A DNA stretch of 64,000 nucleotides from contig PDIP01000036.1 in assembly GCA_002811645.1 (NCBI GenBank), forward strand, positions 186,001-250,000. The letters are read 5' to 3'. The translations under genes and the position numbers were made by a program. Below are positions 47,801 through 56,206 of the stretch, one piece after another (position 1 is the stretch's first letter; each line of letters starts with the position of its first letter). The DNA comes from Corallochytrium limacisporum Hawaii. Taxonomy: Eukaryota > Protista > Pluriformea. The notes beneath the pieces were generated by a model that saw nothing but the letters and a program-made list of their open reading frames with translations, ran no database searches and had not been told where the DNA came from.

Positions 47801-48730
47801 CGCCCCATAACTGTCAGAGACTACCTCATTCATGTCAGACAAAGCGTATTCAAGGATGCAATCCATGTACAATTGCATGGTTTCCCGGTCCAAGAGTGCT
47901 ACCACGTCCTCCAGACATGACGATTCCATTTTCTTCAAGTGTTCGTCAATCAATGCCAACATGTCGACCTTCTGTTGATCAGTGACATCCTGCAGATGGG
48001 CTGGATAACGACGATCCAGTATCAACTGGAAGTCAAGAGTAACTGGACGCAGTTTGACGTTTCCCGTTTCATCCTGATAGCATAAGATATCAACAGAATA
48101 CTCCATGTCCTTGGTAATGGTCAACACAGCGTCGTGAAATTCCATTTTGCTGACCGAAGATTTGTCCGGAATGCGCAAACAAGTAAGTGTGCGCTTCAAG
48201 AAATCTCGCAATTCTGCAATTGTCTCCTCGTCCGACGACTTAGCGCCCATGATATTGCGAATTGCCAATCTCTGCTTCTCCACCAATCCCTCCTCAATTG
48301 CATAAGGCAGTCGGTGATAACTCCCCGAGTTCTGTACATCCACCGACACGGGTAGTGAGAATATAGGCACTGGCTGCCGTTGTTGTTTAATCCATATTCC
48401 GTACAATGCATCAGCCGCGACGTTGAAGACTCGGCTCTTTTCTCCAATCTCCCTATGAGGTGGTACCCCTTTGTCTAGGAAGTCGCGAGAGGTACTCGCC
48501 CACCGAATCAAACCTAGGAGTCGAGACAGCAATGTCCGCTGCTTGCTGCAGAAATCAACAAGTTCTGCTTGCTTTTCTTCCAAACTCTTGACTGCTGACG
48601 TGGTTATCATAATTTGGAGCTTATCATAAAACCGTTGCAAACTTTGTTCTACAAGATCCTGCATTTTAACCAATCCTCGTTCTTGAACGAAGAAGATTGG
48701 AGGAGGTTCCTCCCCCTGAGGTGGATTCAT
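44849..48730 (-). CDS. MED14: Mediator subunit MED14 (Rgr1)
   Basis: N-terminal Med14 pattern: EEKQAELVDFC..QR.LL.RLLGLIRWA...FSLPVSVDV..SGSYHRLP. ~1290-aa single exon. First ATG at 48730 (the track uses a GTG at 48772). Confidence 0.82.
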   Translation of the reverse strand: MNPPQGEEPPPIFFVQERGLVKMQDLVEQSLQRFYDKLQIMITTSAVKSLEEKQAELVDFCSKQRTLLSRLLGLIRWASTSRDFLDKGVPPHREIGEKSRVFNVAADALYGIWIKQQRQPVPIFSLPVSVDVQNSGSYHRLPYAIEEGLVEKQRLAIRNIMGAKSSDEETIAELRDFLKRTLTCLRIPDKSSVSKMEFHDAVLTITKDMEYSVDILCYQDETGNVKLRPVTLDFQLILDRRYPAHLQDVTDQQKVDMLALIDEHLKKMESSCLEDVVALLDRETMQLYMDCILEYALSDMNEVVSDSYGAIKLNPTDDGLRVYFWTGCNALLPEVSVYVKIADAPQRSGKRLVVLSELGGECIDSSTSGTDLLVEGKGLTFLPDVIREASSRVSRIHLQKVQRILQGASVIAKEIDFFAQSPQLSISLTKTLHLRITMNPQLGQFKIAVTDDKFMEEYQPELQKMEQMLDQDMDGIIAIYRDIFFYAQIHTQIAAAQLVGLVALRSLPFTGGVPPVSPLPGHAISTYVPIPKSPHLYLVCLCDGSAELRFAILTGRRKQTGIEASKLIMLKEEDISTRVVGSDNLSPFSLAGQMKNALVLVKLYQTVNRFVKNLEKSKVKYLHPGALRGVTPDTVIFVQNLASRIHPDSSMVKFMSLATFTLNVLEGDHISLTLQLQFLPSVKRHVPRSWLKKVHESIIDSRCVLSYEPSKSSLSLKFLDWPSNAVESAIMHLNRIARVWDAAVACRDFLQYSDTSMAVDDFECSMYWHTFSFSHKSGHCSDALVTWSREQGRYVVNFAAKNGTSWASQSLFERSLVSDVRDLADLPSLFASLWRIQPLMRAISGINETYERADLTSIAGTITYSMMAKDWSSWELFWHMTGRPGYGCQWRMHLTDSSMRLAVEVIGENLTNGDLPKEHVVSGAVQLIEDFFKGRGWYLRKNEKGTAVYGDVPREEIENGLPALAKAYRNIALWVELVQHQWPEGASVTPHLKKEKTVPQKITVSHEGVTAVFTLNPAELEMEIALQKKTATAKASILPGLNHQPKQATLTDSMVNILPQYVEQNGVNNDRCTIHEWHSLLSLLLIPASMVHDFVCLCLPGLASDDANTAEFETMKSAMDQFHLRPELLLTTSCALPPGKNLPRPGLPALQVVHGTVKCLVRLSNRQRPDDFVDVPLVHDADSNVTTPWEEESGAAVQQNGDDAVVNEGGGEKKRTLGALFGQRKKARVTMTESHCAIGDVLLKANSALDNGDIMSVVNKSNVTNGDVDHSHFGKGLLAKIYVLASHEVKELY

Positions 48731-49491
48731 ATTGAAATCAGCTCGTCCTCGTGAAGAGCTTGCTTCTTGCACCGTCTGTCACATTTGGACACCACTCTGC
48801 TGTTTTTGCAATTCACCAATACTCATGTGATGTACATATTTTCAAAGATTGCATGCAAAAAAGCCAATACCGACTGCCGGTGGCCGTACGCCTTGAAAGA
48901 TCTGTAAATGCTTCATACCAACTGTGCAAAAGGAAGTCTGGAAATAGGTGCCCTACTTCAACCATGCATACACGAAAAGCAGTTTATCCAAGACACAACT
49001 GTTCCACACAAGCTGTAAAACTTCGCCGGCATGGGCTTACCTTTTGCGGCGCAAAGAATCAACACTGACAGGGTTAACAAGCCACCGCTTCCTCGTTCCT
49101 GATGGGCACTTTGGCCCCCCACCATCCCGGGGGCTGCGGTTCATTCAGTACGCGAGAGACCCCAAACCTCCTCCCGCTCGTTTTTCCCGCCGGTCCGCCT
49201 CCTCCGTTGTTCCACTATGGCCAGAGCTGTCTATTTGTTATTTTTCCTTCTCTCTCTTTTCGTGGCATTGAGCGCCCAAAGGCCGACCCGGGGAGGAAAA
49301 AGGGGGGGGGGTTGGGGACCAAGGGAGGAGGTCTTGCTGATGCCCCCGGGGGCTGTCCACTCCTCAGACTTTAAAAATGCATCAATATTATTGACACGGA
49401 ATTTGCGGGTGGTTGGAGCGAACCAAAGGCACCACCTGCGCATCTACGCTGGCGGGTTGCATCTGAGAGACGTCTCACTTTGCGTTCCAGG

Positions 49492-51261
49492 ATGCGTTTG
49501 GGTAGAAAAGAATCTCCATTGCATGAAACCCCACCGCTATGCCCCGGCAATTGTGTTTGTTACGATTATGAAATGCAGAAAGTGAAGCAGATTTTGGGAG
49601 CGATCCCAAAGTCACGGCTGCACAGGCAGCTCGAGAAGCATGCCTGGACCACATTTCCTGACTGCCCAAACGTGCACGTCTTTCAGGGTCCATTGGCACA
49701 ACAGTTGGCTTATTCAAGGATGGTACAATGGTTTATCGACGAGGAGGAGGCAATAGGCGTTAAACCGCCTCCACTACAGCCTGGACGATGGCTTAATCCT
49801 GTAAAGCTGCCAAAAAGTACCAAGAGGCTAATGAAGACAGATCCCGAATTATACAGGAAGAAAATGGCAGAGCATCGGAAGAAACTTGAACGTACAGCGA
49901 AGGATAGACTGAGCGCTGTGTTCAAGACTGAATCTGGCCCTGGTAGTGAGGAGGACGTAGAAGATATTGGAGAGCTGGAAAACCTTGAGAGTATGGCAAA
50001 AGGAGAGGATATGAGATTACAGGCAAAGGAGTTCTTAAAATCGCTTACTTTCCGGGAGTTAATGCATGTACCGCGATTTCCACGATACTCAAACCTGATT
50101 TTGAGAATGACACGATGGCAACAGGCGTGCTATCTCGGAGAGCACTATGGAATCAGAGAGTTCGTTCGCAGACGTGCTGTCCCCCTAGTCGAGGATTTAG
50201 AAACCGTTCTGGACCAAGCTCATCAGAAGCAAGGCAATGCGGTCGACTCTACCGAAGATGATTTAGTGAACGCACTTTGTGCAATCGCCAATCAGACCTT
50301 TGTATCAATCTCCGAACTAAATGGATTTAATGGCCAACCACCACAGGTCAAGATCTGGGAACGTAAACCAAGATGGGCGCCCTTGTCTTTGATTGCAACT
50401 CAGACACAGCTGGATACTCTGTTCATGATGGATACAGCAAGCATTCTTGAGGACCCGAAGGCGATATCGTTTCTCCAAAACGCATGGAAAAATGTGTTTG
50501 AAGGTCGAGTCAATATCACCCTAGATGTTTTCAAAAGACCTCTCCAAATCAATGAGGACCTAGACATCGAAACAGGGGAGTTCTTCGGCTCGGACATTGG
50601 CAATGCGTACACGTTGCGTTCCTTGATCCGTGCCCAACCACCCCGGACCATCATTGCGCTCAAGGGCAGGAGTGGACATGATAATTTGATTCCAAACTCT
50701 GTACAGGAGCGTCTGCGCAAATACCTGGTGTTCCCCAATTGCGATGCCTACCAGGAGGTGGATGTAGAACCTGACTATCAACCTGAGAAGACTGTATTCC
50801 TCTGGATCCCATCCTTTTTTGCTGGAGAGGATACAGAGGGTCGCTTTAGGCGCATCGCATGGACCGCTGGACTGATAAAGCTCTGGCGAATTGTCTGGGC
50901 GAGCAGTAGCAAGGAGATTGAACATAGATTGGGACCGAGTGCGTCTCGTCAGGTCATGGAGAAGGTTGGAAAGTCTTTCTGCGATCAATGGTATCGTGAT
51001 GTGAGGACTGTAGAGACACAGTTGTCAATTGCCGCGTTTGCTAAGGACTTTTTGGGAGTTATCGACGTGTCCGAGGCCTTGCGCAGGACAGAACAGCCCG
51101 TAGTTTCAGATCCACGGTGCGAAACTATTCGCCAGGGTACTCGTTTGCTGTATAAGAAGGCCGCCAAGACAGCCAGTGAGTCTGCTCGTCGCAGAGCATC
51201 CACAGGGGATGACCAACCCCTAGATTCTGAAACCATCGTCGACACTCAAGTGTCCGGGTGA
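49492..51261 (+). CDS. Hypothetical protein (~590 aa), possibly a degenerate PIN/XPG-like fold
   Basis: Long ORF with coding-like composition. HVFQGPLAQQLAY loosely resembles the XPG/MKT1 'AP..A.AQLAY' motif. Family not securely recognised; start uncertain (49492 or 49572). Confidence 0.6.
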   Translation: MRLGRKESPLHETPPLCPGNCVCYDYEMQKVKQILGAIPKSRLHRQLEKHAWTTFPDCPNVHVFQGPLAQQLAYSRMVQWFIDEEEAIGVKPPPLQPGRWLNPVKLPKSTKRLMKTDPELYRKKMAEHRKKLERTAKDRLSAVFKTESGPGSEEDVEDIGELENLESMAKGEDMRLQAKEFLKSLTFRELMHVPRFPRYSNLILRMTRWQQACYLGEHYGIREFVRRRAVPLVEDLETVLDQAHQKQGNAVDSTEDDLVNALCAIANQTFVSISELNGFNGQPPQVKIWERKPRWAPLSLIATQTQLDTLFMMDTASILEDPKAISFLQNAWKNVFEGRVNITLDVFKRPLQINEDLDIETGEFFGSDIGNAYTLRSLIRAQPPRTIIALKGRSGHDNLIPNSVQERLRKYLVFPNCDAYQEVDVEPDYQPEKTVFLWIPSFFAGEDTEGRFRRIAWTAGLIKLWRIVWASSSKEIEHRLGPSASRQVMEKVGKSFCDQWYRDVRTVETQLSIAAFAKDFLGVIDVSEALRRTEQPVVSDPRCETIRQGTRLLYKKAAKTASESARRRASTGDDQPLDSETIVDTQVSG

Positions 51262-51654
51262 GCTAGAAAACGTTACATGGAGCATACCTTAAAGAATACA
51301 GAGTACGAATTTGAATCCCTGAGCACCACAGCGATTGATTTTTTTCTACGCTAGGTACCGCGAAGGACCCCTCCTGGGTGGCGGTGGGGAAGTGCAAGCG
51401 CGTGGGTCCCTCCCCCCTGCGGGGAGTACCGGAGGCTCATTGGGCCACTATGAAGAAATGGTCATTGTCTCCGCATGCGTTTATGAATTGTTGTGTCTGC
51501 ATTAGTTTTTCTGTTTCCAGTAGGCAGTCAAGGTATTTCTGGCAAGTGAACGCAAAGCACTATCATGTCGAAGATTACTTCTTGGGACCTGGGGGTCCCC
51601 ACTTGACAAACATGAAGTCAAGATTTCGCAAAGAATGTAGGTAGCCCAACGACA

Positions 51655-51770
51655 GCTGTGAGTCGGCGATTAGTATTTGCCAATGCACCACTCCTAAACA
51701 TTTTGAGGAGACTACGACAATCCTTAGGACACCTATGAGACTCGCCCGTACTTTATGTTCTTGGACATTT
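51655..51770 (+). ncRNA. Candidate H/ACA snoRNA in intron 1
   Basis: Structured 5' part (AGTC..GACT closing, CTCCT..AGGAG), H-like AGACTA at ~51709, 3' hairpin CCTTAGGACA...TGTTCTTGG, then ACATTT just before the branch point. No target identified. Confidence 0.4.
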
Positions 51771-51899
51771 ATGACTGACTGAAAATCCTTCTATTGAATC
51801 CATTTTATGTGCAGGGCTTTGATGATACGCAATGATCGCATATTTTGAAAACTATTCACCACTGAACGGGTAAGTGCTATTTGACATGGTTGTTCGAGG

Positions 51900-51984
51900 T
51901 CTCGATGATGAGAAACCCCAAGTATTGCCAGTTCTGCTGCTGAAACAGGATGATGGATCACACTTGGATTTTGATCTGAGTTTC
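51900..51984 (+). ncRNA. SNORD38: Box C/D snoRNA, U38/snR61 homolog (LSU rRNA 2'-O-methyl-A in GUAAGCA*GAACUGGCGAU)
   Basis: C box ATGATGA 51905-11. Guide ATTGCCAGTTCTGCT (51924-38) is complementary to conserved LSU AGCAGAACUGGCGAU. D' CTGA 51940-43, C' ATGATGG 51950-56, D CTGA 51976-79. External stem TTGACAT..TTCGAGG / TTTCGAG..ATGTCAA. Confidence 0.88.
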
Positions 51985-52120
51985 GAGTATCAATGTCAAC
52001 CAAACCTAGAATTTTCAATTCCAGAGACAGTCTGCTAACCGTTCATCATACTTCAAGTGTTCGTTTAACAATCCAGAAATGTAAGTCATTAATGTCTAAA
52101 CAGGTCAGGAACCATTGCAC

Positions 52121-52232
52121 TGTACATGATGGTACTTATGGGTATATTTGCGACTGATGCTATGGTGGCTCGGGTTCGCCCCCGGTTATAGTTGCCGTAA
52201 GCAGGATGCTGCATACTTTCTTTACTGATTAA
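52121..52232 (+). ncRNA. SNORD16: Box C/D snoRNA, U16/snR87 homolog (SSU rRNA 2'-O-methyl-A in GCGCA*AAUUACCCA)
   Basis: C box ATGATGG 52126-32. Guide TGGGTA(T)ATTTGCG (52139-52) is complementary, with one bulge, to SSU CGCAAAUUACCCA. D' CTGA 52154-57. The 3' end TTCTTTACTGA (D box 52225-28) resembles the U16 3' end as recalled. Confidence 0.75.
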
Positions 52233-52319
52233 CTATTCTATGGTCTCTATTTGAATAACCAACACAAAGTATACAAAACAGAAGCTAACAACAAACTGAT
52301 TTCCATGAGTTCCAATTAA

Positions 52320-53531
52320 TCAGGCCTGTAGATTGACGGGTGGTTTCCATGCCGCGAAGTCCAAGGCACGATTGAAGTCGTGTATCTCATGCCACGTCCA
52401 CACCGACTGTCGCGTAGCATCAGTGAATCCGTACCTTAGGTAGCTGAGCACGATTTCGCGGAATGTCTCGGGGTCGATGCCGGACTCGTGCACCTCCCGT
52501 TTGTACTGGTCAGCGTAGCGATCTGCCTTTGACAATGGCCGTTCAGAGTTCTCCAGTCGCAGAAGTGGACCGGAATCATTGTAGCTGTCCACGGTCCATG
52601 AGGTCGTCTCTGTATTCAACGTCCCCAGCCGTTTCTCGAGATCATTCAAAGCCTGGACCAGTGGCCGTAGATTGATCCTGGGTAACTGATTCCTCTCCAG
52701 AAAGTTGACATAGGAAGTATACTTCACCTCCAGCTCATATCGATTGCCCGGGCACTGGGTAACAATCATCTCTGGCGCCCCAGCGGGTGATGTGCCATCT
52801 TCATCAGCCATGATACTAAACAAAGCATAGTAGTGCATTGTCCGTTCTGTAACAACAACATCCAGTCCAATGTCGGCGTAGTTTGTGCGATCCGCGTGTG
52901 CATACTGAATGTCTTCAATTACTCGGTTGTACTCCTCTTCCCATTCCTCCTTACGCGAGTCCACATCCTCTAGCATTTCCTGCAAGGTCTTTAAGAAATA
53001 CTCAAACTTCTCACTAGACTCATCTCGCTCACTCTCAAAGGCTCCGAACGGTCTGTAGAACCGAACGCGCTCCACACTCATCAACCAGCAGCACGTCTTC
53101 AAGGCATGATCTTCCAAAGCACTCACTGGCTCCACTAGACCTGTCTCAGCGTTGCGCTTCACAAGCAGTTCCCTAAAGTCGCCAATATGAGCAATGCGCT
53201 CAACGAGCTCACGGTGTTCAAGAGCAATCTTGGGCTGGACCATTGTAAACACGGCACAGCAGCCATCGACATCGTAGTGATTGCATGTGACAAATTTCTT
53301 ACCCTCAAGCAAAGGGACCGACCCATCTTCCTCTGCCATCACCTTAAGGCACATCCCCGTTGAAGAGGCCGCCAAGTATTTGTCAGGCACTTCGCTGTAT
53401 GCAGGGTGGCGATGGTGTGTCAATGCCGATGTTTCATCACCCATGCTGCAATCGACTAACAGCACCTCCGATAGCTCCGTTTCATCCTCATAGAGCTCGG
53501 GATACGGAAGGAAAGCCAGATCAGTTTTCAT
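52320..53531 (-). CDS. DUF6687-like / DHH-related putative phosphoesterase
   Basis: VDC...LTHHR....VP...A.SSTG, FVTCNHYDVDG..AVF...P..AL.HRE...IAHIGDFRE: a pattern of bacterial/algal DUF6687 proteins. ATG at 53531. Confidence 0.72.
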   Translation of the reverse strand: MKTDLAFLPYPELYEDETELSEVLLVDCSMGDETSALTHHRHPAYSEVPDKYLAASSTGMCLKVMAEEDGSVPLLEGKKFVTCNHYDVDGCCAVFTMVQPKIALEHRELVERIAHIGDFRELLVKRNAETGLVEPVSALEDHALKTCCWLMSVERVRFYRPFGAFESERDESSEKFEYFLKTLQEMLEDVDSRKEEWEEEYNRVIEDIQYAHADRTNYADIGLDVVVTERTMHYYALFSIMADEDGTSPAGAPEMIVTQCPGNRYELEVKYTSYVNFLERNQLPRINLRPLVQALNDLEKRLGTLNTETTSWTVDSYNDSGPLLRLENSERPLSKADRYADQYKREVHESGIDPETFREIVLSYLRYGFTDATRQSVWTWHEIHDFNRALDFAAWKPPVNLQA

Positions 53532-55149
53532 CGTTGCCACTGCATAAAATTTCCCGCTTCAGCATAACGCAATGCACATCGTCAAGCTCTTGCAGTCCGA
53601 GAGATGCACAGACCTCATTCCAAAAGTACCATGCACAGTGCCCAAGCTCCGACACGACCCCGGTTCGCCTTCGGACTATCTCCGGCGCACTCCCCCAGAA
53701 TTGCCCTCGGCCTGGCTCACATCAAGCCGAACTGCCACAAAAATTATCCGACAATTACAACAAAAAAAGCCAGCGGTCGTGGGTCTGTCTGTAATGGGCA
53801 GAGCGGGGGGGGGGGGGGGCGAGGGGAGAGCACGAGCCAAGGCGGTGAAACAGTGCCAGTGATTGGAGGCCCCTGCGGTTTCAATACGGCTGGCCTTTTG
53901 TTGGGAGGGGCGTGGCAAAGGCCCCCCCGGGGGAGGGGGGAAGAGAGTGACTTTGCCGGCCTCTGTTTCTCCCGTCGAAGCGCCGTACGTCAGGTTGTTT
54001 CCTTGTACCTAGGACATTGAAGCATTCTTGATAAAGAACTTTTTGCTTTGTGGATGCTGACAGATGCGAGATCTCGCTGATTTCGGTATTGTTACGAAAT
54101 GAACATCCGGCTCTCTTGGATGTTCCCCTTTTCCACCAGCACTGTGCATTTTTCACCACCGCACACCACCCGTCCCTACCCCAAACCCCCCTTTGCATTC
54201 CAATTTGCCGGACGCATTCCATTCGAAACCCATCGGCTGATTTTCGCCGCGGGCACGGGAGAATCCGAACCAAACAGCGATTGATATTCTTGGTTGTAAG
54301 TTGCCTCGTGCGTGCGAATAGATATATATTTTTGGTAAAAGTCACTCGTACCCTAGGACCAAAGGATGGAGAGGAATTTGGCTGCAAACCCGAAGTTGCT
54401 TATTGATGCCTCGCAGGTGGGTGGCCAGCATACGCAGCATAGTCAGCATCATCCCAAATACCACCCGATGACTGGGGTGCAATGCTTTAAGTGACTATTG
54501 TATTGATCTTTGGCGGCGTGGTTAATTCACTGGGGCAGTTTGTTTGTTACCGTGGTCAAACATTCCTTCCGGCTTTTCGGACGGATGGTAGTACGCGTTA
54601 CGTAAGCGGGTGCCCTGCCAGGTTTCCTGCCCGCACCCTCCCTCTCCCCTTTCCGCTATCCTTTCTTTGGCCTCCGCGTTCCTTCTTCGCGGGCCAAGTT
54701 TTTTTTTTTTTTTTTCCCTCCTCAGACCGGTTCCTAAGGATACAAACGAACCCAGGTGCGGAAAATTGGTTGCATACTGCCAAGTATGAATGGGATACCT
54801 ACTGGTTTTTCGGCTCCCAACCCGGCGTATACCATCGTCAGGTATCCCCGTGGGCCTTTCGGTTTCCGTTGACCCGTTTGGGCGGGGTATGTGCGCAGGC
54901 CGTGTGTCTGGAGGGACGATGCAAGAGGTGGGTGCGTACATTGTATGTGGGGTATGTATGCGTTGGTTCATCTGTATGATGCGGTATACATTGCTGGCAG
55001 GAAATCACAGAGTCTGTCACGCATGGTTGGAGGTATGCGCCATCGAGTACCAGCTACGGTGGAAGCTGGTCTGCACTCTGGCTGCCTGAACGGATCTCTT
55101 AGGAATACTTCAATGGCAGAGATCGAGCTATATGGGTGGTTCATCTGCG

Positions 55150-56206
55150 GACGTCCGATCACGTCCGGTCACTAAAGCAAATGATAGACAGGAAGTATGA
55201 CACAAAGCTCACCTTCAAGAACTTAGGGGAAATAGAAGCGAATCGGAGGCACCAGAACGCCTCATGAACCCGTCCTCGATCACTCGCATGAGCCGCACGC
55301 GGTCAGTGGAGGAGGCTCCCGTGCGGCAGTGGAGGAGTCTCCTCCTCAAGGGTTGAAGAGGCTAATATACCTAATCCATACTGCAAGGGTATTGCCTCGT
55401 CTATTGACGCTGGCCTTGATCATGTACCGTATTGGAATGGAATCGTCGACGGCAAGGTTGCGGCCACATCGACTGCTGGAAAGACCCATCTTACGACCAA
55501 GTTTCGGCGGTCCAGAGCAACACCTGAGCAGCAGAAAGAGGATCGTAAAAATGATAAAGGGGTTTCCAAATTCTTTGGAAATCCCTCTAAGGGGAAGGAA
55601 AAGGCAAGCAAGGCTGCCCTTTCCCCGGCCCTTCTCTCAGACGACACTGATCCCGACAGCTGCCAGGCGATGGAGAAGTCGGGATCAGCACGAGAATCCA
55701 GAGGGTCATTGCCCAAGGTCAACAGTGTCATCAACGATGGATCACAGACCACGATGCATAGTGTGCGTGACCTGTGGGTCAATCGTGGAGGTCGTGATCT
55801 GTCCGATGTTCTTGATGATATGGAAAAGTTGCTGGACGCCAAGGAGGCGGATGAAAACCAGGTTGTGGGATCCGCTGGATTCAAAGCGACACATCGCCTG
55901 ACCATGACGGAAATGCGACTTCGAAACGAACAATTAGGCATTCGTGCAAAGGCTCTGCGTCATGGTATCATTGAACAAATCGGAGACTGCAAGTTCCTCG
56001 ACATCTACCAGTACATCCGAGCTGTCAGTAACGACGATGCCGAGGTCGAGAATGTGCAACAGTAGATTTTCTGCAAGATGCTCGGAGGCGACAGTGCTTC
56101 CTACTGTGACATCGTACGCGATGTAACTCGTCTCATACACTGCGAAGACACCGCTGTCAAGCAGAAGTGGCACCATGCACCAGATCTCCCTAGTTTTCTC
56201 AAATGA
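55150..56206 (+). pseudogene. NEK1: NIMA-related kinase (NEK1-like) C-terminal remnant, no kinase domain visible
   Basis: RAKALRHGIIEQIGDCKFLDIYQYIRAVSNDDAE...Q*IFCKMLGG...VTRLIHCED matches the NEK1/4/11 C-terminal helical domain across an in-frame TAG (56063-65). The frame is open from ~55292 with no ATG until 55670. A stop (~55198) and a frameshift lie upstream. Confidence 0.65.

Larger units (their letters stand above)
51600..52330 (+). ncRNA. Non-coding snoRNA host transcript with three spliceosomal introns (51637-51814, 51870-52076, 52081-52323)
   Basis: Donors GTAGGT, GTAAGT, GTAAGT. Branch points GACTGAC (51773-79), TGCTAAC (52033-39), AGCTAAC (52283-89), each 34-37 nt before a CAG. 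The spliced exons encode only ~10 codons (MKSRFRKEWL*). Transcript ends are unknown. Confidence 0.72.

Noticed and set aside
51819-51865. Extra C/D snoRNA in host exon 2 (TGATGA...TTCACCA-CTGA)
   Set aside because: Only ~47 nt from box C to box D, only 7 contiguous nt complementary to LSU UGGUGAA, no terminal stem, and it lies in a predicted exon.
20768-56065. Stop-codon reassignment (TAA/TAG read as sense) as an explanation for the in-frame stops
   Set aside because: Intact genes terminate with TAA, TAG and TGA and have no internal stops. The broken genes also carry frameshifts and deletions.
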